Shown in pieces: positions 1 to 9,773 of a DNA stretch of 64,000 bases. The notes under the pieces were generated by a model that was not told the DNA's origin, did not search any database, and saw nothing but the letters and a program-made list of their open reading frames with translations. Source of the stretch: Planctomycetota bacterium (GTDB taxonomy: Bacteria > Planctomycetota > Brocadiia > JAADGH01). The position numbers and the translations under genes are program-made. The DNA is taken from assembly GCA_040755855.1 (NCBI GenBank), contig JBFMAD010000001.1, positions 64,001 to 128,000 on the forward strand, written 5' to 3'. Each line of letters starts with the position of its first letter. The first letter of the stretch is position 1.

Positions 1-127
1 CAAGATAGCCGGCGGGGGAGGGGGCGGCCGCCCCGACATGGCGCAGGCGGGCGGGAAGGACCCGTCCAAGATGGACGCGGCCCTGAACCGCGCAAGAGAG
101 CTGTTGCGGGAAGGCCTGGGGGTATAG
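1..127 (+). CDS. alaS: Alanine--tRNA ligase, C-terminal end (partial)
   Basis: Frame 2 reads [20 protein letters not shown]...LGV*, the [13 protein letters not shown] signature of the AlaRS DHHA1 tail; TAG at 125-127. Confidence 0.9.
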   Translation, partial: KIAGGGGGGRPDMAQAGGKDPSKMDAALNRARELLREGLGV

Positions 128-142
128 CGCGTCAGTTTTTGC

Positions 143-171
143 TTGACAATTTGGGGAGTGAGTCATAGAAT
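143..171 (+). promoter_or_regulatory. Sigma70-type promoter of the rpmF-plsX-fab operon
   Basis: TTGACA-N17-TAGAAT. Confidence 0.7.
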
Positions 172-245
172 ATGCTGTTTTCGCTACGTAAGACGCGCAT
201 CGCCGGCGCGAGGGGGATAATCGGGCGATCTTGAGGAGTAAATAG

Positions 246-422
246 ATGGCTCTGCCAAAACGAAGACATTCAAATGCGAGGACCCGCAAGCGGCGGACTC
301 ACGATGCTCTGAAGAGGCCGTCGTTGTCGGTCTGTCCCCAGTGCAACCAAACAAAACGGCCGCACAGAGTCTGCTCCAACTGCGGCTACTACCACGGCAG
401 GACAGTCGTAAAGAGGTCTTGA
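246..422 (+). CDS. rpmF: 50S ribosomal protein L32 (zinc-binding form)
   Basis: Not in the ORF track; own translation MALPKRRHSNARTRKRRTHDALKRPSLSVCPQCNQTKRPHRVCSNCGYYHGRTVVKRS*, GAGGAG SD, directly upstream of plsX. Confidence 0.95.
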   Translation: MALPKRRHSNARTRKRRTHDALKRPSLSVCPQCNQTKRPHRVCSNCGYYHGRTVVKRS

Positions 423-425
423 GGA

Positions 426-1448
426 ATGCGAGTTGCCCTTGACGCCATGGGTGGCGACACGGCTCCGGCCAGCACGGTTCGGGGGGCGGTCCTGGCCGCT
501 CAGAGCCTTGCGGACCTTGAGATCGTCCTCGTGGGCCAGGGAGACCGGATCAAGGAAGAATTGGACAAGGTCGGCGCGTCGGACAACGGCAAGCTGAGCA
601 TCCATGAGGCGACGGAGGTGATCGGCATGGATGAGCTCCCCGTGGAGGCGCTCCGCCACAAGACCGACTCCTCCCTCTCCCGCTGCGTGGCGCTGGTCAG
701 GAACGGCGAGGCTGAGGCAGTGGTCAGCGCGGGGAACACGGGGGCCTTTGTCGCCGCCGCCCTGTTTGCCCTGAAGCCGTTGGAGGGGGTTAAGCGGCCG
801 GGGATCGCCATCACCTTCCGGGTCCCCAATGAGAAGGGCCTGTGCACCGTCATTGATGTGGGGGCCAATATCAAGTGCCGGCCGTCCCACCTGCTTCAGT
901 ACAGCGTCATGGCCGCCGCGTATAATCACTTGATCCATGGGATCGAGAAGCCGGCCGTCGGCCTTCTGAGCATCGGCGAGGAGGATGAGAAGGGCAACGA
1001 GCTCGTGAAGGAAACTCGCGCGCTCCTTTATCGGTCCCCAGTCAACTTCGCCGGGAATGTGGAGGGCCGGGACATCTTTATCGGCCACAGCGACGTGGTG
1101 GTGTGCGACGGGTTCGTCGGCAACGTCATCCTGAAGGTAAGCGAGGGGCTGTCGGAGGCGATGCTTCAGTTGCTGACGAAGGAAGCCGGTCAAAGCCTTC
1201 GCAGTCGAATCGGCTTTGCCCTCTGCAAGCCCGCCATCAAGCGGCTCAAGGATCAGAACGACTTTGCCGAATATGGCGGCGCGCCGCTGCTCGGTGTGGA
1301 TGGCGTCTGCATCGTGGGCCATGGGCGATCCGACGCAAAAGCGATCAAGAACGCCCTCCGTGTGGCCACGAAGTTCACTAAGAACCAGGTTAACTCGCGC
1401 ATCGTGGCGGACATAGCGTCGTTGAAGATGGGCCCCGCGACCCCATAG
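426..1448 (+). CDS. plsX: Phosphate acyltransferase PlsX
   Basis: VALDAMGGD, SAGNTGA, VVVCDGFVGN, YGGAPLLGV, GHGRS motifs. Confidence 0.97.
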   Translation: MRVALDAMGGDTAPASTVRGAVLAAQSLADLEIVLVGQGDRIKEELDKVGASDNGKLSIHEATEVIGMDELPVEALRHKTDSSLSRCVALVRNGEAEAVVSAGNTGAFVAAALFALKPLEGVKRPGIAITFRVPNEKGLCTVIDVGANIKCRPSHLLQYSVMAAAYNHLIHGIEKPAVGLLSIGEEDEKGNELVKETRALLYRSPVNFAGNVEGRDIFIGHSDVVVCDGFVGNVILKVSEGLSEAMLQLLTKEAGQSLRSRIGFALCKPAIKRLKDQNDFAEYGGAPLLGVDGVCIVGHGRSDAKAIKNALRVATKFTKNQVNSRIVADIASLKMGPATP

Positions 1449-1480
1449 GTGACGATCTGAAGAAGCCCGGCAAAAGACGG

Positions 1481-2461
1481 ATGAAAAAGGTTCGTGTTCT
1501 TGGCGTCGGTTCGACGGTCCCCAACCGAGTGTTGACCAACTTCGACCTTGAGAAGATGGTGGACACCACCGACGAATGGATTACCCAGCGCACCGGCATC
1601 CGGGAGCGCCGGATCGCTGACGACGGCATTGCGACCTCCGACCTCGCCACGGAGGCCGGGCGCAAGGCCCTGGCGGACGCGGGGGTGTCGCCCAAGGAAC
1701 TGGACCTTATTGTCGTCGCCACATTCACCCCGGACGAGCCGCTGCCGGCCTGCGCGTGCCACGTGCAAAACCGGCTCGGCGCGAAGAAGGCGGGGGCGTA
1801 CGACCTCAGCGCGGCGTGTGCGGGCTTCGTTTACGCCTTTTCGACCGCCACCGACTTTGTGCGTGTTCGAGAGGACGCCAAGGTGCTGGTCATCGGGGCG
1901 GAGTGCCTGTCCAAGCTGACGGACTTTACGGACCGCACGTCCTGCATCATCTTCGGCGATGCGGCGGGGGCGGTGGTCCTCGGCGAGAGCGGCGACAGCA
2001 GCGACGTGCTTTATTGCAGTATGGGGTGCAAAGGGGACGAGGCGGACATGATGATGATCCCCGCGGGCGGGACGCGCCTGCCGGCATCGCACAAGACGGT
2101 TGACGACCGCATGCACTTCATGAAAATCCGCGGCCGGGAGGTATTCAAGTTCGCCGTTCGGAAGATGTCGGACCTTCTGATCGAGGGCATGGAGCAATGC
2201 GGCCTTGCTGCAGAAGACGTGGCCCTGGTCGTGCCCCATCAGGTGAACCAGCGCGTGATCGAACCGGCGACGGAGCGCGCCCGGATTCCTATTGAAAAAG
2301 TCTTTATGAATATTGAAAAATATGGTAACACATCGGGCGCTTCGGTGCCGCTGGCGCTCGATGAGGCCGTTAAGGCCGGCAGGATCAAGCGGGGGGATCA
2401 CGTGATCCTGGTGGGATTCGGCGGCGGGCTCGTCTGGGGCGTCGCCGTCATAAGGTGGTAG
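1481..2461 (+). CDS. fabH: Beta-ketoacyl-ACP synthase III
   Basis: WITQRTGIRERR, AACAGF, PHQVN, YGNTSGAS, GFGGGLVWG. Confidence 0.96.
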   Translation: MKKVRVLGVGSTVPNRVLTNFDLEKMVDTTDEWITQRTGIRERRIADDGIATSDLATEAGRKALADAGVSPKELDLIVVATFTPDEPLPACACHVQNRLGAKKAGAYDLSAACAGFVYAFSTATDFVRVREDAKVLVIGAECLSKLTDFTDRTSCIIFGDAAGAVVLGESGDSSDVLYCSMGCKGDEADMMMIPAGGTRLPASHKTVDDRMHFMKIRGREVFKFAVRKMSDLLIEGMEQCGLAAEDVALVVPHQVNQRVIEPATERARIPIEKVFMNIEKYGNTSGASVPLALDEAVKAGRIKRGDHVILVGFGGGLVWGVAVIRW

Positions 2462-2464
2462 CCC

Positions 2465-3400
2465 ATGGGCAAGACGGCGTTTCTCTTTCCGGGCCAGGGG
2501 GCGCAATTTGTCGGAATGGGCGCCGATTTGTGCGAGGCATTTCCCGCAGCTGCGGAGACCTTCAACCAGGCAAATGATATCCTGGGGTTCGACCTGAAGC
2601 AGATATGCTTCACGGGACCCGAAGAAGAATTGACGAAGACCTCCGTCAGCCAGCCGGCGATTCTCGTGATGAGCATCGCCGCACTGCGGGCGATGGAGTC
2701 GGCCGCCCGGGATCGGGCGCCGACTTGCGAGGCGGCCGCCGGGCTGAGCCTGGGGGAGTACACGGCCCTTGTCGCGGCTGGGGCGCTACAGTTTGAGGAC
2801 GCCGTGCGGCTGGTGGAGCGTCGGGGTGCGTTCATGCACGAGGCATCCGTCCAGAACCCCGGCGCGATGGCCTCGATTATCGGGTTGGACGACGACGCGG
2901 CCCGGGCGGTTTGCGAGGAGGCCGCGAAGAACGGGATCGTCTCGGCGGTGAACTTCAACTGCCCGGGGCAGGTGGCCATATCGGGCGAGCCGGACGCCGT
3001 AAAGGCCGCATCGGAGCTGGCCCTGGCGAGGGGCGCGAAGATGGCGGTACCCCTCAAGGTGGAGGGGGCGTTTCACTCGGCCCTGATGCAGCCCGCGCGG
3101 GAGAGGCTGGCGGCGGAGATCGAAAAGGTCGAGTTCCGGAAGGCCCGCGTGCCGGTGGCGGCAAACGTGAGCGGGGAGTACGTTGTGGAGCCGGACGACA
3201 TCCGGGTCTCGCTGGTGGAGCAGTTGACCAGGCCGGTGCTGTGGAGCGGTTCGATGGCCCGTCTGATCTCCGACGGCGTCGAGCAGTTCTACGAGATCGG
3301 ACCGGGCAAGGTGTTGTCGGGGCTGCTGCGCCGCATTGACCGGTCAAAGAAGGTGGTGGTTGTGGGGACGGCCAAGGCGGTAAACGAGTTGGCCTCGTAA
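2465..3400 (+). CDS. fabD: Malonyl CoA-ACP transacylase
   Basis: FPGQGAQ, GLSLGEY, GAFHS, EIGPGKVL. Confidence 0.96.
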   Translation: MGKTAFLFPGQGAQFVGMGADLCEAFPAAAETFNQANDILGFDLKQICFTGPEEELTKTSVSQPAILVMSIAALRAMESAARDRAPTCEAAAGLSLGEYTALVAAGALQFEDAVRLVERRGAFMHEASVQNPGAMASIIGLDDDAARAVCEEAAKNGIVSAVNFNCPGQVAISGEPDAVKAASELALARGAKMAVPLKVEGAFHSALMQPARERLAAEIEKVEFRKARVPVAANVSGEYVVEPDDIRVSLVEQLTRPVLWSGSMARLISDGVEQFYEIGPGKVLSGLLRRIDRSKKVVVVGTAKAVNELAS

Positions 3401-3419
3401 TGGAGAAGCGATCAGTCAG

Positions 3420-4166
3420 ATGGGAAGATTGGACGGGAAGGTTGCGGTAGTCACAGGCGGTTCCCGCGGCATCGGCAAGGCCATTGCACTCACGCTGGCG
3501 CGGGAGGGGGCAAGCATCGCCATCCTCGATGTGCTGAAGGATGAGATCCCCAAGGCGGTTGCAGAGATCGAGGCGCTTGGCGTGAAGGCAATCGGCGCGG
3601 AGGCCGACGTGACCAACCACGACCAGATGGTCGCCGTGGCGAAGGACGTGGCGGGCCGGATGGAGAAGATAAACATCCTGGTGAACAATGCGGGCATATC
3701 CCGCGACGACATCATGCTCCGGATGGCCGAGGAAAAATGGGACCAAGTGATCGCCGTCAACCTGAAGGGCGTGTTCAACTGCAGCCAGGCCTTCATGCGG
3801 TATATCCTGAAGGCCAAGGACGGCGGTCGGATCATCAACATCGCGTCGGTTGTGGGCATCATGGGTAATCGGGGCCAGGCGAACTACTCGGCCTCAAAGG
3901 GCGGGGTAATCGCGCTGACCAAGACGACGGCCAAGGAGCTGGCCGAGCGGGGAATCACGGTGAACGCCGTCGCTCCGGGATATATCGAGACCGCGATGAC
4001 GCAGGCCATTTCCGAGGAGGCGCGAAACGCCGCCGTGGGCATGATCCCCATGGGCCGCCTGGGTCAGCCCCAGGATGTGGCCAACGCGGTGTTGTTCCTG
4101 GCCAGTGACGAAGCCGCCTACGTCACGGGCGAGGTGCTGCGAGTGGACGGCGGCATGGCGATGTGA
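3420..4166 (+). CDS. fabG: 3-oxoacyl-ACP reductase
   Basis: SDR TGGSRGIG, NNAG, YSASK; operon context. Confidence 0.96.
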   Translation: MGRLDGKVAVVTGGSRGIGKAIALTLAREGASIAILDVLKDEIPKAVAEIEALGVKAIGAEADVTNHDQMVAVAKDVAGRMEKINILVNNAGISRDDIMLRMAEEKWDQVIAVNLKGVFNCSQAFMRYILKAKDGGRIINIASVVGIMGNRGQANYSASKGGVIALTKTTAKELAERGITVNAVAPGYIETAMTQAISEEARNAAVGMIPMGRLGQPQDVANAVLFLASDEAAYVTGEVLRVDGGMAM

Positions 4167-4226
4167 GTCTATGGTTTTGTTGGTCTATCGGGTGGACTCA
4201 ACAGTGTCTGCAAGGAGAGACGAAAG

Positions 4227-4478
4227 GTGAGCGAATCAAAATCGGAACTTTCCATTGAAGAACGGGTCTTCAACATCGTGAGTGAGAAGCTGGACAAGCC
4301 CCGTGAGCAGCTCACGAAAGAGATGTCGTTTGTGAATGATCTGGGCGCCGACTCCCTGGACCAGGTGGAGTTGGTCATGGACTTCGAGGATGAGTTCGAC
4401 CTGAGCATCCCCGAAGAGGAGGCCCAGAAGATCGTGACCATCGGCGACGCCATCAGTTACATTGAGGAGCACATGTAA
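4227..4478 (+). CDS. acpP: Acyl carrier protein
   Basis: DLGADSLDQVEL phosphopantetheine motif; between fabG and fabF. Confidence 0.95.
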   Translation: MSESKSELSIEERVFNIVSEKLDKPREQLTKEMSFVNDLGADSLDQVELVMDFEDEFDLSIPEEEAQKIVTIGDAISYIEEHM

Positions 4479-4481
4479 GTC

Positions 4482-5726
4482 ATGCCGCCAAGGCGACGCG
4501 TTGTCATCACGGGCGTCGGGGCGGTTACAGCCTTCGGCGACGAGAAGGAAACCCTCTGGAATGCCCTGTGCGAGGGACGGAGCGGGATCTCCAACATCAC
4601 GTCGTTCGACACCACCGCCTTCGACGTGAAGTTCGCGGGGGAGATCAAGGACTTCGATCCCGGCAAATTTCTGGACCGCAAGGCCGTGCGCCATCTGGAC
4701 CGCTTTGCCCAGCTGGCCGTCGCCGCCGCCGACCTCGCCATTAAAGACTCCGGCCTTGATGTGGCGAAGGTGGACGCCCTCCGCGTCGGCGTCGTCGTCG
4801 GGTCGGGCATCGGGGGCCTGACGGAAATCGAGTCCCAGCACAGCATGCTTATAGAGCGGGGACCGTCGCGTGTATCGCCCTTTATGATCCCCAAGCTCAT
4901 GGTCAACGCCGCCGCGGGGCAGATCTCTATCCGCCACGGCCTCCGCGGCCCGAACACCGCTGTGGCCACGGCCTGCGCATCGGGGGCCAACGCCCTCGGC
5001 GACGCCTTCAAGATCATTCAACGCGGCGACGCGGACATCGCTATCTCCGGCGGAAGCGAAGCCGCCGTCACACCGATGGGCCTGAGTGGGTTCTCCCAGA
5101 TGCGCGCCATATCGAGGCGCAACGACGCCCCCCAGAAGGCCAGCCGCCCCTTCGACAAGGACCGCGACGGTTTTGTCATGGCCGAAGGCGCGGGCATTCT
5201 CGTCCTGGAGGAATTGGAGTACGCGAAGAAGCGCGGCGCCCGGATCTACGCCGAATTCCTCGGCTACGGCATGAGCGGCGACGCCTGGAACATCACCGCC
5301 CCCGATCCCGACGGCCAGGGCGCTGCGCGCGCCATGAAAGCCGCTCTCGACGACGCCGGCCTGGCCCCGGAGCAGGTGGACTACATCAACGCCCACGGCA
5401 CGTCCACCCCCCTCAACGACGCCATCGAGACAAAGAGCATCCGACACGTCTTCAATAACCATGCCGACAAACTGGCCGTCAGCTCGACCAAATCCATGCT
5501 GGGGCACATGCTGGGCGCATCGGGTGGTGTGGAACTCGTGATCTGCGCCCTTGTGGCCGAGCGCGGGGTGGTCCCGCCCACCACCAACTACGAGACGCCC
5601 GACCCGGAGTGCGACCTGGACTACGTGCCCAACCAGGCGCGGGAGATGAGCCCGAAAATCATCATGTCCAACTCCTTCGGCTTCGGCGGCCACAACGCAT
5701 CGCTCATCATCGGGAAATTTTCCTGA
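4482..5726 (+). CDS. fabF: Beta-ketoacyl-ACP synthase II
   Basis: RRVVITG, TACASG, NAHGTST, KSMLGH, NSFGFGGHN. Confidence 0.97.
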   Translation: MPPRRRVVITGVGAVTAFGDEKETLWNALCEGRSGISNITSFDTTAFDVKFAGEIKDFDPGKFLDRKAVRHLDRFAQLAVAAADLAIKDSGLDVAKVDALRVGVVVGSGIGGLTEIESQHSMLIERGPSRVSPFMIPKLMVNAAAGQISIRHGLRGPNTAVATACASGANALGDAFKIIQRGDADIAISGGSEAAVTPMGLSGFSQMRAISRRNDAPQKASRPFDKDRDGFVMAEGAGILVLEELEYAKKRGARIYAEFLGYGMSGDAWNITAPDPDGQGAARAMKAALDDAGLAPEQVDYINAHGTSTPLNDAIETKSIRHVFNNHADKLAVSSTKSMLGHMLGASGGVELVICALVAERGVVPPTTNYETPDPECDLDYVPNQAREMSPKIIMSNSFGFGGHNASLIIGKFS

Positions 5727-5742
5727 GCGCGGGCGATGCCCG

Positions 5743-5912
5743 CAACCCAACTGCAAAATTCACATCGGACACATAATACCACCCTTCCTGTCTTCAGGAA
5801 GGGTGGTATACGTAAAAAGAGATTTTGCGGAGCGATATCGCTCCCCATCGGCGAAATGACGTTGGTTCTCGCGGGAAAAAATGTGTCCAATGTGAATTTT
5901 GCAGTTGAGTTG
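5743..5912. mobile_element. MITE-like element with 32-bp imperfect terminal inverted repeats
   Basis: CAACCCAACTGCAAAATTCACATCGGACACAT (5743-5774) versus its reverse complement at 5881-5912, 2 mismatches; internal 15-bp perfect stem at 5776-5809. Confidence 0.6.
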
Positions 5913-6001
5913 TATGCCATGTCCGGGCGGGGGAATAAGGTTCTGAATTTACTCCCCTCGCTATCCTATCCGACATGCAGAAACCACCGCCACCGGATGC
6001 C

Positions 6002-6877
6002 TTACCGATCGGGCCTCTTCTGCAACCGCGCGATCTGCTTGGCGAGAAACTCCGCGTCGTCCGTCTGGCCAATGCGCGCGTAGAAATCGCGCAGCTTCCC
6101 ATAGCGCTCAATTGGATCGAAGCCCAGGTTCCACTGGAGCTTTTTCAGGCAGGGCGGACAGAGATGGATTGGCCGCGAGTCGGCCTCGGGCAGGGAGTTC
6201 GAGCCGTTCATCGTGCATTTGTACTCAATGCAGTGGTCCATGCCGAGGATGTGGCCGATCTCGTGATTGGCCACCTTGAGCGTCCGCTTGAGGAGGGTGC
6301 AGTCCCCCGGCTGGCCCTCGTACGTCTCGCCGTAGCGGCGAATGGAATAGACGCCTACCCGCTCCCCAAAGGACCCCAGGCCGAACACAAAATTCATGTC
6401 CCTATAGAATAAGTCCTGGTCCGTGATCCCCGCCACCGCGACGGCGTCGTCGGGGACCCGCCCCCGGAGCGCGCGGAGCAGATAGTCCGCGTCGTACTGG
6501 TCCCAGCCGTACCGCCGCTTCGGGTGGAACGCCTCCTTCGGGAGGGGGATGGGGTCGAGAACACGGCACTCCGAATCGAAAAATATGCTTAGATATTCGC
6601 GCAGCGTCTCGATAAGATCGGCCTTGGTTCTTCTGATCTCGCCGAGGGGCTGGATGTAGATGATCCTTCGCGTCTTCGTCTTTCGGTTTCGGCAATCGCG
6701 CCGGTATTCCTCGATGCTCTGCCCCGGCTCCTTGTGGACGTAGAGCCAGTCGCCCGGCTTCGGAGGCGGCATCTTCTCGAAGCCGGCATCGTCATCGCCC
6801 GCCATACCCGAGGGCGCGGACGCGCCGAGCAAGAGGAGCATCACCGCGATTCCAATCCCTTTACCCAGGCAATCCAT
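6002..6877 (-). CDS. Archaemetzincin-family (M54) zinc metalloprotease, exported
   Basis: HEIGHILGMDHC...CTMNGSNSL...LCPPCLKKL; N-terminal signal-like stretch. Confidence 0.85.
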   Translation of the reverse strand: MDCLGKGIGIAVMLLLLGASAPSGMAGDDDAGFEKMPPPKPGDWLYVHKEPGQSIEEYRRDCRNRKTKTRRIIYIQPLGEIRRTKADLIETLREYLSIFFDSECRVLDPIPLPKEAFHPKRRYGWDQYDADYLLRALRGRVPDDAVAVAGITDQDLFYRDMNFVFGLGSFGERVGVYSIRRYGETYEGQPGDCTLLKRTLKVANHEIGHILGMDHCIEYKCTMNGSNSLPEADSRPIHLCPPCLKKLQWNLGFDPIERYGKLRDFYARIGQTDDAEFLAKQIARLQKRPDR

Positions 6878-7683
6878 ACGGCCTCCACCGCGTCGAGGTC
6901 CTTGCCGAGAAGTTCCACGAGGAACGTCTCCCCGGTCTTGTCTTCATTGTAACGATCCCGAAACGTCTTGTAAAACGTCCGAAGGAGTTTCTTCTCCTGC
7001 AAGTACATGCAGAAGTACCGGGCCTCGGCGTAGTGCAGGCCGCTGCCGCGCCCGCGGAACTGGTCGTCGCTCATCCGCACCACATCCTTCAACGGGACAA
7101 GCCGGTTCTTCCGCACGGCCTCCATGAGACCCTCATAACGCCAGTTGATGAGGCCCTTGAGCAGGCCGTCCTCGCCCGTGGTGCATTGCTCGTAGAGCGA
7201 CCCCAGGCCCTCGTCGAACCACGTCGGCGCACCGGGGAAGTCGGGCCGCATAAGGGCGTGGACCATCTCGTGCACGAGCGTCCCGCCGCCGGTGGCGATG
7301 TTCATCACCATCCGCCGCTCGGAGGGCGTGTAGTATCCATAGGGGCTGGACGGTTCCTCGTTGAAGAGTTTCTTGGCCCAGGAGCGGTAGCTCTTGTCGC
7401 CGTTGAAGAGGTAGATCGTGATTGTGTAATTTGGCTTCTTGTTGAAGTAGGCCCTGTGCAGGGCCTCGCTGCACTCGCCGATGGTCCATGTCTTGAATCG
7501 GTCGAACTGCTCCCGGCCCATGTCGCCCGCGACGACGAAGCAACTCGCGCGCTCGACGATGAAATCCGCAGGCAACTGCTTCCGCACGGCGTCGAGCTCA
7601 CGGTCGTCGGCCGCCATGCAATGTATGGCGGCGAGTAAGCCAAGCAGGACCGCACCAAACAGCCGATTACTTGAACAGGTCAT
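6841..7683 (-). CDS. Exported HExxH (zincin-like) hypothetical protein
   Basis: GTLVHEMVHAL...PTWFDEGL; signal-like N-terminus if started at ATG 7683. Confidence 0.7.
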   Translation of the reverse strand: MTCSSNRLFGAVLLGLLAAIHCMAADDRELDAVRKQLPADFIVERASCFVVAGDMGREQFDRFKTWTIGECSEALHRAYFNKKPNYTITIYLFNGDKSYRSWAKKLFNEEPSSPYGYYTPSERRMVMNIATGGGTLVHEMVHALMRPDFPGAPTWFDEGLGSLYEQCTTGEDGLLKGLINWRYEGLMEAVRKNRLVPLKDVVRMSDDQFRGRGSGLHYAEARYFCMYLQEKKLLRTFYKTFRDRYNEDKTGETFLVELLGKDLDAVEAVWIAWVKGLESR

Positions 7684-9625
7684 GCAGCACCGCTCCTTGC
7701 GACTGGGCCGGAGGGTCAATCCCGAGGATGTGGCAGAGCGTGGGAACGAGATCCACAAGATGGATGTACCCCAGCCGGTCGGTGTCGCGCACATAGCCCT
7801 TCTTGATCCGAGGCCCGGCAATGCCGAAGACGGCCAGGACGCTCGAAAACTCCGTGCCCGACGTCGGGATCTGCGGCCCGTGGTTCGCCCCGCCCGGCGA
7901 CGGGCCGATGCTCCCCTCCTTCGGGTTCTGCCAGGCAAAACCCGCATTGTAGATGAAGAATACATCGCCCGTCCGCTCTCCCCAGTAGCCGATCAGCGGC
8001 GCGTCCTTCTTCTTCAGGGCGAGGGCGACGGCGCGCCTGCCGGTCCTCGGTTCCCTCCAGTCGAGCAGGGCGTCAATGATTTGTTCCTGCACGGACGCAA
8101 AATCCTTCGGAGAAACACTCCCGTGCGCCTCCCGCCCCTTCAGGTTCACGCACACCTGCGCCCCGCCGTGGGGGTAGGCCCTCGTTTGTTTCCAGTCAAT
8201 GCCTCCCTTGCGGCTGCGCTTCATCAGGTCGCACTCTTCGAGTCGGCGCGGCAGGTTGCATGCATAGAAGTTCGACGAGTTGCCGTGATCGGAGACGAGG
8301 ACGATGTGGCAGTTCTTCCCGCCGATCTTCCACAGCCCGCCGAGCATCTTGTCGCCGAGATGGAAGCCCCTGCGCAGGACGTCGAGGCACTTCTTCGCCC
8401 GCTTCGGATCGTAGTTGGGCGACTCCGGGTCGGCGGGGGAAAGAAAGGTGTGCTCGATGGAGTCGCTGAAGTGCCAGTGGCTGTAGTAGAGGTCCCAACC
8501 GCGGGTGCGGTTGATGTACTCGGCGGCCTTGATGTGCCAGTCCACCTGGTAGGCGATCTCCTCATAGACGCACCGATTGTAGTTGTCGAAATCCGCGCCG
8601 GCGGCGAGGGCGGCGTGCTCGAAGTACGGGCCGACATTCTCGATCAACTCGGCGGAGAGCGACGCCGGGGCGGTGAACCCCCGCGCGGGATAGACCTCGG
8701 AGCGGACCAGGCGGAACCTCCGCCCGTCATTTGAGAGGTCCATCAGATTGAACCGCATGGAGGCCGGTCGCGTCTTGCCCTGGGCGCGGATGGGTTTGAT
8801 AATCCAGTCGCTCCACTCGCCGGGCCGGAGCGTGGCGACGGCCTTCGACACGTCCTTTATTTCGCAAATGTGAATTTTATCGAAGCCCCGGCCTTGGGAG
8901 TTCTCGACCAGTACATGGAAGACGATCCGGCTCGGGTCGGATTCCACCTTTCGCTCCTTGCCGGTCATCGCCGCGACCTCCAGATCGGCGCCGTCCTCGG
9001 TGTCGCCCACGGCCTTGGCGCGTTTGGCGGCCTGGGCGCGCCCGCGTCCGGCCATCATAACATCCTCTGAGACTGAGACTTGAGTCTCCAACGCCGGGCG
9101 CTTCGGGGGGTTCTTCCACCCCTGCGCATTCTTCAACGCCACGGCGACGGTTTTCCCCTGCGCAGGAAAAGTGGAATAGGCGCAGCCGGGGAGGATGACA
9201 AAGGACACCAGCCCGTGCGGCAGCGGGGCGACGACGTATCCATTCTTCAAACGCGAAGGATACGAGCCCGGATAGCCGATGACGAGGCTCCTCAGCCCCG
9301 CGCGCTCGGCGGCCTCCCAGATGGTCTCGGCCAGGATGGCGCGGGAATTGAAGGTGGAGAGGCTCCTTTTTCCCGGCGGATCGCTGGGGGCGCGATCGTC
9401 CCAGTTGCCCGCGCCGTGCGCGCCGGGGTATGCGCCGGTGGCGATGGTGGCCCAGTTCGTCGGGGTGTAGGCCGGCAGGCAGGGCATGGCGTAGTTCAGC
9501 GCGCCCTCCCGCATCAGCCGTTTGGTGTTGGGCATGTTCCCCTCGGCGATGAATCGCTTGACGAGTTCGAGGGAGATGGAGTCCATGCCGAAGACGATGA
9601 TCTTGCCGCTCTTTCGTTTGCTCAT
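7667..9625 (-). CDS. Alkaline phosphatase superfamily protein (nucleotide pyrophosphatase/phosphodiesterase type)
   Basis: GMDS, YTPTNWATIATG, DSIEH, VSDHG, DLVPT; AAAGGAG SD before ATG 9625. Confidence 0.85.
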   Translation of the reverse strand: MSKRKSGKIIVFGMDSISLELVKRFIAEGNMPNTKRLMREGALNYAMPCLPAYTPTNWATIATGAYPGAHGAGNWDDRAPSDPPGKRSLSTFNSRAILAETIWEAAERAGLRSLVIGYPGSYPSRLKNGYVVAPLPHGLVSFVILPGCAYSTFPAQGKTVAVALKNAQGWKNPPKRPALETQVSVSEDVMMAGRGRAQAAKRAKAVGDTEDGADLEVAAMTGKERKVESDPSRIVFHVLVENSQGRGFDKIHICEIKDVSKAVATLRPGEWSDWIIKPIRAQGKTRPASMRFNLMDLSNDGRRFRLVRSEVYPARGFTAPASLSAELIENVGPYFEHAALAAGADFDNYNRCVYEEIAYQVDWHIKAAEYINRTRGWDLYYSHWHFSDSIEHTFLSPADPESPNYDPKRAKKCLDVLRRGFHLGDKMLGGLWKIGGKNCHIVLVSDHGNSSNFYACNLPRRLEECDLMKRSRKGGIDWKQTRAYPHGGAQVCVNLKGREAHGSVSPKDFASVQEQIIDALLDWREPRTGRRAVALALKKKDAPLIGYWGERTGDVFFIYNAGFAWQNPKEGSIGPSPGGANHGPQIPTSGTEFSSVLAVFGIAGPRIKKGYVRDTDRLGYIHLVDLVPTLCHILGIDPPAQSQGAVLHDLFK

Positions 9626-9773
9626 GCCGCATGCTCCTTTCGATTGTGACATCGGATTATGTCAGAAGCGGTCGTGTGAATCAAGAATGTGCGACTCTGC
9701 GAATCTTTTGTCTTGACACTAACGGCGGCAAACGGTTGAATATGCGCTTTCACGGCTTTCCCGAGGCAATAGG

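Noticed and set aside
6911..6926. Second parS-like site AGTTCCACGAGGAACG
   Set aside because: Three mismatches to the 16-bp consensus, including the core; plausible by chance.
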